64,000 nucleotides of DNA from Schizochytrium sp. TIO01 (taxonomy: Eukaryota > Protista > Bigyra: Labyrinthulomycetes), in assembly GCA_004764695.1 (NCBI GenBank), contig SMSO01000005.1:1851582-1915581 (forward strand). Reading direction: 5' to 3'. Numbering within the stretch: the first letter of the stretch is position 1; each line of letters begins with the position of its first letter. Below are positions 25,901 through 37,589 of this stretch, one piece after another. The translations under genes and the position numbers were made by a program. The notes under the pieces are model-generated. The model searched no databases and was not told where the DNA came from. It saw nothing but the letters and a program-made list of their open reading frames with translations.

Positions 25901-26289
25901 GGTTTCCTCTATTGATCATGCCTGGTGAAATTCAACGACGAATGTTGCTTGCGCTACAAAAGGATGATCGCTCCACAACCGCAGACGTTGCCTCATACGG
26001 TTTTGTCAAATTTCTTTCTACAAAACGTCGTGTGGCGCATGCCTATAGTGCTCGCTTTGAAACGAATCAGCAACCAAACGAAAGTGATCTAATAGGTCCG
26101 GCTGCGGCGAGCTCGTTTGACATAAGTTCGCCAGCGCCTGAGACAGAAAGTTCTCTCTCTCGCCCTCTCGGTGAAACTGGGCATGGAATTGATACAAATC
26201 AGCAAATTTCCCTTGAAACTTTAAGCTGGGAAGATAACCAAGAGGAAGAAGACCAAGATGCAAACTATCTTCGCCTTGCTGTTGTTTAA
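22990..26289 (+). CDS. Multi-pass membrane protein with TMEM185/FAM11-like segments and a ~470-aa Cys-rich extracellular insertion
   Basis: 1099-aa ORF; W-x-V-x-F-x-P-type motifs (LPWAVIFVPL, PSWPVVFIPFWI); many hydrophobic helices; CSNGCKYYGDGECDDGG...CSYGTDCTDCG (LNR/Notch-like) and TVEECIQAC...CSLIQYNEDTGQCE (PAN/apple-like). Confidence 0.8.
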   Translation: MISLVDKHREGGLWLRMGQDLGVDGYGCFMFLARLLLHAMLVGTLFILALASDGTSLPWAVIFVPLLAVIFVTLVWLVSDLLCKAPDLEERAIFLRGFIVFLLLICLAAATMASLLARGIELVSDSENVFENYPTVNLTTGAFERAWTHTSSSKFGDSTAYLQLAEGSPFEVDGGQSKRWLGLNFSSPNVRRVYDPATIYEHCYAETTDGIDELCEGGEGSIEVESNTVTRSSTGIYSGQTRYCNIADLNNDGLNQTCRAGASGQCKLYVRPETAMDSKSARETAYDILYGIESSGTGALCSNGCKYYGDGECDDGGWSSMYSVCSYGTDCTDCGKRSWNMKGFVSSIYYPSCGYFTDSVAATGIEGGFPQRFHAPWLRGERAVCQQKCNSQQLIEIYSSCGDDLDSKTSCLTPYGTAHAYYNATQDEGNSNSLGWCCNDWESEDSSSKAIGIEAVQWTSHKESDTVEECIQACLVQYYYDQAACSLIQYNEDTGQCERVLFRGDRLCSYNSSYGTDCSRNLDFVNADFGQTSGLPEPTSILTTFGQKTEDPWNTVHVAPKQGAWTQRESSWTLHIVMTQGFAGSAPDSITVNSGMIVILAPFLCIPLILGMLTLCVCCSPLNCLPDVRITDEDICGWDYLVFKGPAYMNAQIHNFRLLLLAFAIAAASVYLFFCKAFLDNAPSWPVVFIPFWIVCALVLASTASLIRSVHLIFSTSWTSTHQRARFGLHSGSYQATSARARMLLYTFWLFATLLVPAVVSLILLVVRLGEIENYNVALAAQSTSSSTSSLAGAESAGITISAESTVYPFFIGFTLNLLGFVAYASTLIMLRLHSWRMSRLESLELSVRAQLRHHRAQEIAQLKIRFLDMSRTSEELIEILQMFVFKGRICAVSHEEVRDLGHAKLALLEASGQVCEVWTPAVAKEFGELLKYLLSSSGDWTIPSSPSSSEASQGARIRMRDLGYGGCFGWFPLLIMPGEIQRRMLLALQKDDRSTTADVASYGFVKFLSTKRRVAHAYSARFETNQQPNESDLIGPAAASSFDISSPAPETESSLSRPLGETGHGIDTNQQISLETLSWEDNQEEEDQDANYLRLAVV

Positions 26290-27114
26290 TAAATTCTCCT
26301 CTTTATCTATATATAAACGGTATTTACCCTTGTAGTAGTACCCCTTCTAGATTTCTTTTTTTCTGTTTTTCATCAATATTATAGCTTCTGTACTCTGGAA
26401 CAATAACTATTGAACTTTTATGAATATTGATGTATACGTATCTTTTTCGAGTTTAGTTTCCACATTTGAGACTAATGTACACCAGGGTATGCTACTACAA
26501 CGGCAGATCAACATCCCTCACTAAACCTACCTATTACTTCGGTTCTTTCTTTTCTCAGAGATCAATAGATTTAGTAGGTATGACCTTGCGAGATTGTAAA
26601 ATGCATCATCAAATTTATGTCATTCACAAAGTGAGTTATAAATAGACAGAAAAAGACTACGTTATACACTTGAAAGAGGTGCTGAAGGATGAATCTATTC
26701 TTATAAGGAAGGTATAAGCAAGAGGCTTGATGATAGATTCATAGACTTTGACTCTTATAGTTAGCTGTCTGGTGTCCTTTGGAGTATACTGTTTCATATT
26801 TTAATTGGGATACTATGATAAAGATATTCTGGACCGCACATAATTGAGGAGGTAAGGTTGACTTGTATCTTAAACATCAAATTAGGTTTCGTGATACTTC
26901 TTCTAGCGAACAAGTATGGGCAATTTTGGCTTCGGGGTCCTTTTTTTTCGCAAACACGCATCTGATGATTTAGCCAATCCTATTTTCTTAGGACTTACAA
27001 CACCATGCCCCTTCAATTAATCAAAGAAATTGTTTTTTTTGTTTTTTTTTGTTTTTTTCCGATAACATTTTATGCTCGAAAGATAGTTTTCATGCAGCAG
27101 TATAAACAAGCAAA

Positions 27115-28650
27115 TTATATCCATTGACGATACTCACACGTACCACTTTCAGGGTTTAAATAGTTTTCAAAGGGCCGGTCAAGTGAGATATATGGTGGTA
27201 AAGCACCTGCAGAAGCAGTGATCAATAAATGTAAAAGCCTGGTAACAGTTGAAGAGGCGGTGCCGAGAAGAAGATCAGCGTTCGACAGAAACAGAAGATC
27301 AGCCAAAAAAGTATAGGTTATTGCATTCTTCTCATGCATTGACCACTTGCGATTCTCTATAAAAGTTTGTTGTTCGCTTGAAAACTGCGAGGGAGGTGGT
27401 TTGAAGAGATCTCGAGCATATGGCAAGAATACAAATCGCCATCCTGTACGTTGAGCCAAATCAGGAAGCTTGTCAACGAAAGACTGGTCGTCAGTTGCTA
27501 CACGGATTTCGCAAGTGCCGTATCGAGCCTGCAACCGCTTTAGGTGCGTCATATAGAGGGATGTCTCAAAGCAAGGCCGTGCGCCACCACTCCACCCCCT
27601 CTCTGACTTCCACTGGATGCATGCGTCCCCACGACGAACATGCATAGCTATCGTACAACCATAGTTTGCAGAGGCATCTCCAACTACGGTTGCCTTGTCC
27701 AGGAGGCGTTCAACCTGCATTTTAAGAGATCCAGCGAGATGGTGACGTAATATAGTATGGAGTGCGAGACCTTGTAGTAATGCGTAAAGTCCCACGCCTG
27801 CTCGATTGAAACGCGCAGCATAAACCCAATTGTCCAAGGCGGCTTTGAATTCACCCGACGTTGTCCATGATGTCGTATTGAGTATAGCTTTAGACCTGCA
27901 GAAGTCTGCGTGAAACCATCTATTAGGCTGCACCCTCTGCGGGAGCCACTGCCATTGAGAAACATCATTTTCAAGGTCAATCTGCAAACGAAGACCAGCA
28001 AAGAACTTCCCCGCACCGTGCAAAGGATCCAGTCCCGTAGCCAGCCGCAGAAGGGTGTGGTCCCAACGCAGCAAGGTCTTGCCAACCGTTCGTTCACAGA
28101 AAACGCTTGAGGATTCGGGTTCATAACAATCCTCAGGGCTTAAAGTACCCCATGACGTGGCTGGTATACTTGATGCTGGCAAAGAGCACAACCATTCATC
28201 AAACCGTTCAAGCACTTTCTGCATTACAGCACGGGCTTGCAGGCCTTTTTCTAAGCTATGGTTATTCGCAAAAGATAGAGGAAGGTAGTCCACTTCAGAG
28301 CTGATATCCTCTGAACATACCCCCATGCTCATAAAGCACCCCGAGCAACGAAGATAGCTTGTATTGATATACCTCACCAAGGTTGCATCACTGAGAGCAG
28401 TGTCACGTTGTTTTGGAGACTCTTTTTCTGCTGCATTTGAAGACGAAACAAAAGAGCGTTGATCATTTCCAGTGCCAAAGACAACTGCCGATGCTGACAC
28501 TTTCTGAAAACCTTTATCGAGGCCTATAGAGTCAAATGCTGTGCCACTCCAACTAGTTGTGAGTTCTGTCCTCTCAACGTTAGAGAAGAGCAGGCTACAG
28601 GCGACCATAAGCAGAAGCATCACAGCAATACTTTGACTCCTCCATCCCAT
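27115..28650 (-). CDS. Type II membrane glycosyltransferase, alpha-1,6-fucosyltransferase (GT23/NodZ-like)
   Basis: N-terminal TM anchor after the ATG at 28650; GDP-fucose motifs IAMHVRRGDAC, IRVATDD, ADLLFLSNADLLLGTASSTVTRL. Confidence 0.82.
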   Translation of the reverse strand: MGWRSQSIAVMLLLMVACSLLFSNVERTELTTSWSGTAFDSIGLDKGFQKVSASAVVFGTGNDQRSFVSSSNAAEKESPKQRDTALSDATLVRYINTSYLRCSGCFMSMGVCSEDISSEVDYLPLSFANNHSLEKGLQARAVMQKVLERFDEWLCSLPASSIPATSWGTLSPEDCYEPESSSVFCERTVGKTLLRWDHTLLRLATGLDPLHGAGKFFAGLRLQIDLENDVSQWQWLPQRVQPNRWFHADFCRSKAILNTTSWTTSGEFKAALDNWVYAARFNRAGVGLYALLQGLALHTILRHHLAGSLKMQVERLLDKATVVGDASANYGCTIAMHVRRGDACIQWKSERGWSGGARPCFETSLYMTHLKRLQARYGTCEIRVATDDQSFVDKLPDLAQRTGWRFVFLPYARDLFKPPPSQFSSEQQTFIENRKWSMHEKNAITYTFLADLLFLSNADLLLGTASSTVTRLLHLLITASAGALPPYISLDRPFENYLNPESGTCEYRQWI

Positions 28651-29949
28651 GCTTCCAGACAACCTGCAACGCACTCGCTATTTGCCCCTTTGTTTATTGC
28701 AGTGAGAACGAATTTGCTGCCACTTCGCAAAATACTTATACCTGCGCAGCAGCTTTTATTACATTCCAACATTCGATAACGTGCGTAGCTTTGGTGCTTC
28801 CCTGTCTGCGCAGGACCTAGTAGCCTTTCTTCTCTCTCTCTGTGGTAACAAATAAAACAAACTACTAAAGTAGAAGAGTTCCCTCATTTCCTATGGATAT
28901 TATTAATTAATTTTTAATTAACATTATATAGTATGGTGGGCGGGGCACACTGCGCCTTGGATTTAAGAATTAAGATAAAGTTAAGTATCACCTATGGGAG
29001 CCTAATAACCCAAAAGAAGATTTTATGAATAGCGAAATACTGGTTAAGTAGAGATAGGTATTGAGAGATACACTCGGGTGGGGCAACCCCCCAATCTGAA
29101 GTGCGCGTTTTTATTTCAAATACAAGTCTAAGAAGAAGTTATTGTATAGAAGCGAAAGTAGGAGGTCTTAGACAAGTTGGACAATAGAACATCTGGTATG
29201 CTTAAGCTTGGCATGTAGGAATCGACAGTTCTATGTGGCATAGGTTGGGTGAGTCGCCAACATTCTGAAAGCGGCTCTTGTGAAGGAGATACTTGCGGTT
29301 CATAAAGAGTTCTCACGTTTTATATGACGAGAGAGTACGAAATGGGCGGAGGGAACTTATTTTGATATTCTGCCTGAAGTATGAAAGTTGCGACCTCGAA
29401 TCTTGCGTCGATGTACTGTCTGATGTGAGGGGACGAGTTCTCCTTGAAGGAATGAAATCTGTCCAAGGCGCGTGCTTGATGTTTGATTTCGAGGCATTGC
29501 AGGGGGTCTTTATTGATAAGTACAGTGAACTGTGTGAAAAAGAAGAGGTTAGTGATGTAAAGTATAAGTTGGCTTCCTTTTTGCTTGGTATCCAGAGTCA
29601 CAGCATAATGTGTTTCGTATTCGTATATGTCGAATTCCTCGCACGTTCGGGACTGTGTTCGGTCGGAAGTGGCAGGTAATGTATAGACCAGTTGGACAGT
29701 TGAGTTAGACTACATTCAAGGAACGAACAAAATTGAATATTGAAACGAGAAATCAATAATCTTTCTTTTGAATGATACTGTAGCTGTGCATTGGGACTAC
29801 GTCGCTAATGTAAATGTTAGATTTTACTAGGTGAGTGCCAAAGTTTGAGTTCAAGGAGAACAGAACGCCTAAACAGAGCGATTCCGGATTTCGAATGGAA
29901 GAACTATGTGAGGATTCATGATTCCTCATAGTGAGGGTACTCCGTAAGT

Positions 29950-30295
29950 AGAATACATAAAGTTTAAGAATAACATAAAGTTTGAGAAGAACAGTAGCAA
30001 TGAGGTTAAGTAAAGGAAAAAGGTTAAGCTGTAAAACATAAGTTGAAGAAGAACAGTGTTAAGTAATAAATTTTGGGAAGCTAAGAGTTTTCTTTTTTAA
30101 ATAAATAGCCTTCAAATTAAGAACAGTGAATAACACTAAGTAAAGCAATAAGATGAGGTTAAACATAAAGTTTGAGAAGAACAGTATCAATAACACGTCT
30201 TTGTAAATAAATAGTATAAAGTTCAATAGGAAGAGTATCAACGAGTAGAACAAAGTTCGTAAGTAATTTTGAAGCGTTAAAGAGGAACAGTATGT
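29950..30295. repeat. Degenerate AT-rich short repeats (AACATAAAGTTTGAGAAGAACAGT-like)
   Basis: Near-copies at ~29953, 29972, 30033 and 30161; partial AAGAACAGT at ~30119 and ~30283. Confidence 0.6.
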
Positions 30296-32418
30296 ATAAG
30301 TAGAACATTGTCCGTAACTAATAGTGCAGCTATTCAAGAAACACCAGTGGTACAGCCGCGGTAGAAAGTTTCTTTTAGTGTTTTAGCTCGACTCAATATT
30401 TTGATTTTAACTCTAGATACAACTTAAATTTATCGAAAGTTAATTATCTAATATCTTGTATATATTGTATTAATTAATTATGTCATTTAGGATAGTTCAA
30501 AGTGATAGTGGAAATTATATACGAAGTTTTGAAAACTGTATACGATGAGCTATGATCCGTGACTATCCGTGACTATCCTGTATGTACTTGTCTATGAAAC
30601 TTAAGGTTGGAGCTCCAATACCTGTTCTTTTAGAAAGTTTGAACGTATCGACTGACTAAACCTAGAATAGTGTACTATATGACTTTACCACCACAGTGTT
30701 TTGCGCAAAATAGCATTAAATTTTAATATACTCCCCAATATCCCCAATAGACTTCTTCAATGCCCTAGATGAGAAATTTGTAAATGCTATTTATATAAGA
30801 ACGAAACAGAACAATTTTGAAAGGGGTATACTAAAGAGTTTATTTTACCATGTACTTCCGTCAACTCTCGCCTTAAGTTACAGAGTACATCACCCTTGTT
30901 CTTTTGACACTTCGAGTAAAGTAGATATTACTACTACCATCTGCTTCACCCAATTGATGTTGACGTTTAAGACGCCCCCTTCATATATTGTTAGATATTG
31001 TTTCGTATAGGTTTTTCTTCCTCAAAGACCAGCAATGAAGCGCTAAGTATGCGCACTTCAGATAAGTACCTAGGTAGCAGATAGGGTATTGTTGAGACTC
31101 GGTACTTAGAACCCGCGATCAGCTGGAGATAAATTCCTCTGAATACTTATTGAATACTTATTTCCCAGGTGTATTATCTTGAAGGGCTTCAAATCCCGGT
31201 GGCAAAGAATAGGTAAGCATCCAACATTATGGCATGGACTCTTTTGGAGGGAGGAGAAAGGGACGGCTTTTGTCCTTGGAGAGGTTACGTAGATTCTGGG
31301 CAACACGAGCATAGGAGATTATGAGAAGAGTGTCGTCCGGGAACGTAATTGCATACATGAACATCGAAGCAGAGCCTCTGGTGTCAATATACTGTTGGAC
31401 ATCAGACAAAGCATTTTGATGAGCTTTCTTTGTTCTGCAAGTACTGGATAATGCATAACCTCGATGTTAGGGACTGTCCAAAGTTTGGTCTGGACAGTCG
31501 GGAATGGCTCAGGGTCGTGAAGAAAGTCCATGAGGTTTTAGTTAGGGACCGCAATGTATTGAATCTATGGTATAAAGCGGAGTGGCAAGGAGCTTAGATG
31601 TAGTAATTTTGAAAAGTACTACGTCTAAAATTGGAAAGTGTACTAAAAGGCTATTTCTGGACTGGACAAAGTCACGTACCCAAAACGCCCGGTGGGGATT
31701 TTCCACACCATGCAAGTCTACTTCAAAGAAAAAAAGCTTTAGAGGAACTCTTTTTCAATACTGTTGCACTTTCATCTCATTCGACCCAGGCTCAATGAAG
31801 TTCACCCTTGAGTATGACCAAGAAAGGGCAATGTCAAAACTGACGTAGTACCTACAAGGTGCTGTCCGGTTTCGCTTGAAACATTATAGCTCTTTGCCAA
31901 GATCTACAATTGAAGGTATTAGCGAGCAAGACAGTAGGTTATCCCTGTGTAAGACGTCATGGGTTTAGAGCTTACTTATAATATAATCAGACAACCAGTC
32001 CTGCATTAGAAGAGAATCCAAAAACCAAAAGCTTGCATACACATTCCTATAATCAGTATGGTGGAATCTGAAATTGATGGTTAAAGATATGTGTGAACCT
32101 AACCTTGTCAATTGTGTCTAGGACACATCAAATATGTCTTCGTCTCCTAATTGCAACATGAATCAGGCTTGCCTTGAACCCGATTCCAAGGATAACAGAT
32201 TGTTAATTAAAAGCCATATATTATCATGCCTTTTAAAGCCTTCTTAGAACCTTCATCGCCATAGCCAAACTCTAGCTGACCAAATTTATCTCTCATCACT
32301 TCCCTTGAGTATCTTTGACTCACTCGAGATTCTCGCACATGCTTATCTTGAAACAGGTTGTTTAGAATCACCAAAAAACTCAAGAGACATAGCGTGCGAA
32401 TACAAAACAAAGTCTTAG

Positions 32419-34473
32419 TTACTGTTTACGTTCTAGTTCTTTCTGGAGGTAGCTGATTTCCCATTCAGCCCACTTTGCAAAGTCATCAGGATCCATATCC
32501 TCCTTAAATGCAGCCTCACCAAAGCCGATAAACATTGGCTTCTTGCCTTTCTCATGATTACACATAATATTGCGCCGATCTATATCGCCATGTAAAATCC
32601 CAAGTGAGTGAATCGACTTGAGAGCGGCTACCGCCTCTTCCTTAAACTTATCCGTAAGGTCGTCATCTGTAACGTGCTCGCCTGCAAAACTTAAACCAAG
32701 CCCGTACATGAACCCATCTTGAAACAATCCAAGACCAAGAAACTCTGGTACACACTTGCCTTGAAGCGGAAGCAAGGAATCATAAACGATAGCTTCGAAC
32801 CTGAGATGGTCGACGAAATGCGATTCCTTAAAAGTATCGAGCAACTTTAGTACAGCATCTACATCACCTTTGGTTGCATGCGGAATTTTACAGCGGGAGA
32901 TTGTTCCCGGATCACCTTCCCAACGAAACGAGCCAAGATACGTTTTGTCTTTCCGTTGGTGCAAAGATGTCCAATCAGACCGAGGTGGGATTTTTTTATC
33001 TGGAGAGGGGGGAAGCCCGTAGAACTCTGTGTCAGGTACTTTGAGACTGAAGACATAATCGTCATCGTTGGTATCCTGGTTAATTTCCTTGTAAACATCG
33101 TTTTCAGCCTCGCAGCCCATGGGTAGCTTTTCATGTCTACACTCACTAGAGCAGGGCGTAAGGAGCGTCCCTTCGCTGTTTGTAAATTCTGGTACGCGGT
33201 CCTCTTTTGCAATCATAATACCCAGTGCCAGAAGCTGTGCTGCACTTAGACAATTTCTGTCAATATCCCCCACGGCATCACATTTAACAGATGGTGTAAT
33301 TAGCAGATTGCCAGCGCAATCACGAAAGAACAGAGCTGTATCGAAGTAGTTCGAGTAGATACCTACTAGATATTTGTTGCAAAGCATCCAAGTGTACAAT
33401 TTACGAATCACTGAGAACCTCGAATGACGTTGTGACGTGCAATCGACATCACGACAGTCATGATTGCAGTATTCATCAGAAAGATCAACGTGATGGAATT
33501 CAGGTCTTTCAAGTGCACCAATGACCCAAGGTTTAAATTGATCCCAATAGGGTTCTAAACCAATTGAAAAGCCCACCGGGCCCCATGTGTCGGTGTAGTC
33601 TCCAAAACGGTGGGTTGATGTCTTAGGCACTTGCTCAATTCCTCCGTCTTGAAGAATGTCAAGTACTGCTCCCAAGAGAAAAGACATATGTGGGATTATT
33701 GAAGATGCACCTGCGGTACTTATATCCTTGAGGTAATGTATTGAGGATTCTAGCGAAATCGTGGTTCGGCTTGCCTGTAAAGTTTCGATGTACCCAGCAT
33801 CACGACAGTAGTTTAGTAAAGTTTTCATCTCCAATTTACGAACATGCATGGGTGACGCAAGGTTTTCAGAAGTATCAGTGGAGCACTTTACTTGTAACTC
33901 TTTACGAGGCAACTGGGGAGTTGCACTGGAGAGTGCCTGGAATACTGAGCTTTTATTATTATGAAAGGAATTATATGCAGCCTCGCGCCTACGAATTCCA
34001 TAGAGGCTCTCATACATGTCCGTTTCGTTTGTTATTATTTCCTTCTGAATGTACCTGAGTCTTATATCGAGACGCGCACCTCTTTTCTCGGCGCGTCGAA
34101 TCTGCGAGCATAAGTCCATTGCAGATTCCAAACATTCTCTTTCAAGTCTGGAGTGCTCTTCAGGTTGCTCTTCCATATCTTTCTTAGTTCCGGACCGTTC
34201 AGAACGCAGCTCGCTTCGGGTGAGCGCACAGTCTTCATTGGGGGAATTCTCCAGAATTCTCTTCTTAAGTCTTGCAATATCTTTTGTACAGGATATGCGT
34301 TCGGCCTTTAGGTTCTCGAACTTTGCGACATCGCTAGAATGCACAGATATCGAATGTCTTAAGAAATGGTCTTTGGCATACGACACTTTTGAGCTAGCGG
34401 AGCGTGTATTCACACGCCCTACCCAGGTCCTGGGCAATGGGGGGGGCGAGCTGATTGTGACAAACCGCCTCAT
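32419..34473 (-). CDS. Coiled-coil + degenerate REase-like + Cys cluster + protein-kinase-like protein (paralogue of 37590-39662)
   Basis: First ATG at 34473. Kinase region: AVLK, FEAIVYDSLLPLQGKCVPEFLG, ALKSIHSLGILHGDIDRRNIM, FIGFG (DFG changed to GFG). Shares RKLYTWM...VGIYSNY..TALFFRDCAGNLLITP with the paralogue. Confidence 0.85.
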   Translation of the reverse strand: MRRFVTISSPPPLPRTWVGRVNTRSASSKVSYAKDHFLRHSISVHSSDVAKFENLKAERISCTKDIARLKKRILENSPNEDCALTRSELRSERSGTKKDMEEQPEEHSRLERECLESAMDLCSQIRRAEKRGARLDIRLRYIQKEIITNETDMYESLYGIRRREAAYNSFHNNKSSVFQALSSATPQLPRKELQVKCSTDTSENLASPMHVRKLEMKTLLNYCRDAGYIETLQASRTTISLESSIHYLKDISTAGASSIIPHMSFLLGAVLDILQDGGIEQVPKTSTHRFGDYTDTWGPVGFSIGLEPYWDQFKPWVIGALERPEFHHVDLSDEYCNHDCRDVDCTSQRHSRFSVIRKLYTWMLCNKYLVGIYSNYFDTALFFRDCAGNLLITPSVKCDAVGDIDRNCLSAAQLLALGIMIAKEDRVPEFTNSEGTLLTPCSSECRHEKLPMGCEAENDVYKEINQDTNDDDYVFSLKVPDTEFYGLPPSPDKKIPPRSDWTSLHQRKDKTYLGSFRWEGDPGTISRCKIPHATKGDVDAVLKLLDTFKESHFVDHLRFEAIVYDSLLPLQGKCVPEFLGLGLFQDGFMYGLGLSFAGEHVTDDDLTDKFKEEAVAALKSIHSLGILHGDIDRRNIMCNHEKGKKPMFIGFGEAAFKEDMDPDDFAKWAEWEISYLQKELERKQ

Positions 34474-37025
34474 GGCTTGAATTGAAGCTAATTTGGGGTT
34501 TGCTTTCTGCAGGTGCTGCCAACAAATTGTTCTAGCTATTTCCTTTTTTTTAAAATCGAAATTTATCAACTTGAATTTGAATGATTATTAAAATATATAT
34601 TAATTTAAAAGACATTGATTTTAGTTTGAAATGTTATTCACAAGGTACACTATTATTTTTAATTATATAAACAAATAAATAAAATTAAAGATATAATGTA
34701 TATAATATACGCCTATATGCTGATGCAAATCGTGAAATGTTGTATTTACCATACTGCAGTCGGTTTACGCTCTTAATTTCTCCGACTAAATCTACAATAC
34801 GCGGGGCCAGTCGAGAGTATACTACTAGGCACTCCTAATAGCTCGGACCTCATTATATGAGGTACTCTTTTTTTTCTTTTCTTTTTTACAGCCTGAGGTG
34901 CTTTCTTTCTATGTTCTAAATATTTTTATATTTTATTATTATTAAGAATTAGGCAGTAACTCAAACCACAGCAATCACGCACTACCCGGCAAGAGCAAAG
35001 CTAAAAGATGTTATATTTCAACCCAAGGAGTTGACTCTGACAAGTGAGAGCGTGGAAAGGGAGTAGGTACGTTATAAACTAAAAGATGTTAACTTGTTAC
35101 CTCTGACTAGTGAGAGCGCCTTCGCCGTTATCCCCAAATGCTTCTGTTCTGAAGGCTGCCTAACAAGAATGACAATCTTTATACGAAGCCTCTCTAGACG
35201 ACCAATAGTGCGCTAGTGCAGAGTACTCCTCGAGAGGTTGCGTGTGTGTATGCCATGCGCATTTTCTCCACCGTGTTGTTGCTTGTGATGACGTCGAGTG
35301 GGCATCTTTAAAAAAGAAAAATGTTTAATTTTATAAATTAAAAAAATAATAAAGAATAAAAAAGAGATGTCGTAGCTTTCTTTTATCTGCCGGCTACTAG
35401 ATCTTGTAAGATTCCCCAAACTCAACGTGAGGTTTAACATAATTTCAGATTAGGTAGGAAGGAAGGCCTATCAAAAACACTGGGAGATTGAATGCAAATT
35501 TTGGAAAGAAAAAAGAAAGAAAGAAAACTTGAATGTCTGCAGACAGGGAACAATGTTTACAACTTTTATGCCAATAGGAAATAGTTTTCTTTACTTTTCA
35601 AACTGTAAAGACTTTGTCTTCTTTTCAACGTAGGTGTGCATTTTCCTCCCGAGGGAGGGACTTGAGCTACCCAATTGGGAATCCTGATGTGCCTTCTGGT
35701 AGAGTATGCAGGGCAGAGCTGTTGCAGCATGGGCAATACCTAATGAGTGAGCTCAACACTCAATTGCTTATTAAGATAGTGGCCCTGGCAAATGGAACTC
35801 GAACGCACAAATAGCGTCAGCGCCCTTGAACTTATGAGTTGTCGGACGTGCACTTGTCACGAACGAAAAACTTTTGAAAGTCAAGGATTCGAAAAGTACA
35901 ACCAAATTCATAAAGCCAGTGTTCATGAATCAATGGCCATATCATGTGAATAGGTTGAAGTAGTTCTGACTCTAGAATTCAAACACGAAGGACACTTACT
36001 GACAGTGTCTATGTTGACTGGACTTTGACCTTCTAATTTAGTGACTTAAAGGACCTAAGTTTAATTGAGAATTTCTGCAAAATTCGTAAAAACGAGTTGA
36101 TGTGTAGCAACGCAGATCTGATGTTTGGGGCTCCTTTGACAATCGCCCTTTAAAAAAAAGAAAAGAATAAAAGAATAAAGAGAGAATCAGTGAAAGGGAG
36201 AGTCTTCATTCGGCAACGTCATTCAGAATATGCGCTACTCAATCTTTATAATCATGCTTGGAGTGAATGAAGGACTTGAATTAGATTTTAATTATAAAGT
36301 TATACTCAAAAGTAGTCTAGTCGAAAAAGGTCGAGCTTTATTTAAAACTTAATTTTAAATTAAATAAAACAGATTCTTGTTTTAAATAATAAATAAAAGT
36401 GTTGAGAAGTGACACTGACCATAAGCTTCTTCTCTTCAATTAATTGCTTTTGAGATCGCCCGATCACTCACTCCCACCAATTTGAAGACGTCTTATCAGG
36501 AGATGAAATGAATCAGGATGAGGGAAAACAAGAACTGGGAATGGTAGGGAAAGGGGGGTTGAAGGAGAGGGCAAATTCTCATTTCGAAAAAGGAAGTACC
36601 CTCGAAAACAATAAAGTCGAGAGAAAGAAAATTTGCGGTAGGCCATCTTAGATGTCACCTCTGAAAAACTTTTACTTTTGTCATTTCATTTCTTTCGAGG
36701 TAAAAGATTTTCGATCTCTCTTCCCTTAAAAAGATTTTTGAGGTACGCAAATGGAAAGATCGCTTTCGGGTTCTGGTAAAGCTGAAAGGGGGAAAGGACA
36801 ATCACGCTTGCTCAACCAAAACGAGTGTCCCTCTCAAATTGAAGCACGCGTAATTGACACGTTTGGATTTCCATCGATCGAGCACGTCGCGTGTTATTCT
36901 GAGCTCTGTTGGTCTGGCTAGATCTAGGATGCGTAATCTCTTGTTGAGTGAAAGTGGGTGTTTTTCGTTGCAGGTAAATCCGGAATTCTGTCAGCACGTG
37001 CAGAGTTGAAGAAGATAAAACAAGG

Positions 37026-37589
37026 ATGGCTCTGCGCCCCGAGAAGCCGTCGAATCTCGTACGGAGACCTTCAACGAGGTCTATCGTTGGTGCTTTTGAG
37101 AGAGTGTTGACTGTTTCTCGGAATTTGCAAGAGAAAACTGGTGAATTGGCTTCGAAATTGAAGGTTCTCGAGGCACGAAATTCGACCTTCCATTAATCCT
37201 TCCTTGGCCCTGGCCATTGATGCTGCAGTGAGAGGAGACGAAAAAGCACAGAAGATTGTACGAGAGAGTGAATCCAAAGTTCCTCTGTGTCAGAAAAGGG
37301 CGGTCGCGGCGTATACAGCGGCAAGCCACTCTCTCTTTCGTGTCCTTGCAGACACTGCAGCACTGGAGGAAACAAAGACAGAGTGTGCACTCTTAGTCTC
37401 TCAGGCACTCTCCCTTTTCCAAGTTGTTGAAGGTAAGCAAAACCGAACACGATTGATAGGCTGGCCATTAGTGAAATCGTTAAGAGTGTGAAAGGGCTTG
37501 AAACGAGGCAAGAAGAAGAAGAAGAAGAAGAAGAAAAGGAGAAAGCAATGCCCTTTCCTCGTCTATCATGAAAGAAAGCCAAGCACGGC
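37026..37589 (+). pseudogene. Interrupted 5' extension (helical header) of the downstream REase-kinase gene
   Basis: ATG 37026 gives MALRPEKPSNLVRR...EARNSTF; +1 shift at ~37190 gives INPSLALAIDAAVRG...VVEGK; -1 shift at ~37440 gives KPNTIDRLAISEIVKSVKGLETRQEEEEEEEEKEKAMPFPRLS; an in-frame TGA at 37569 is followed by KKAKHG running into the 690-aa ORF. Confidence 0.5.

Noticed and set aside
31100-31531. Overlapping short minus-strand ORFs that might be one frameshifted pseudogene
   Set aside because: No recognisable domain; cannot be supported without a homology search
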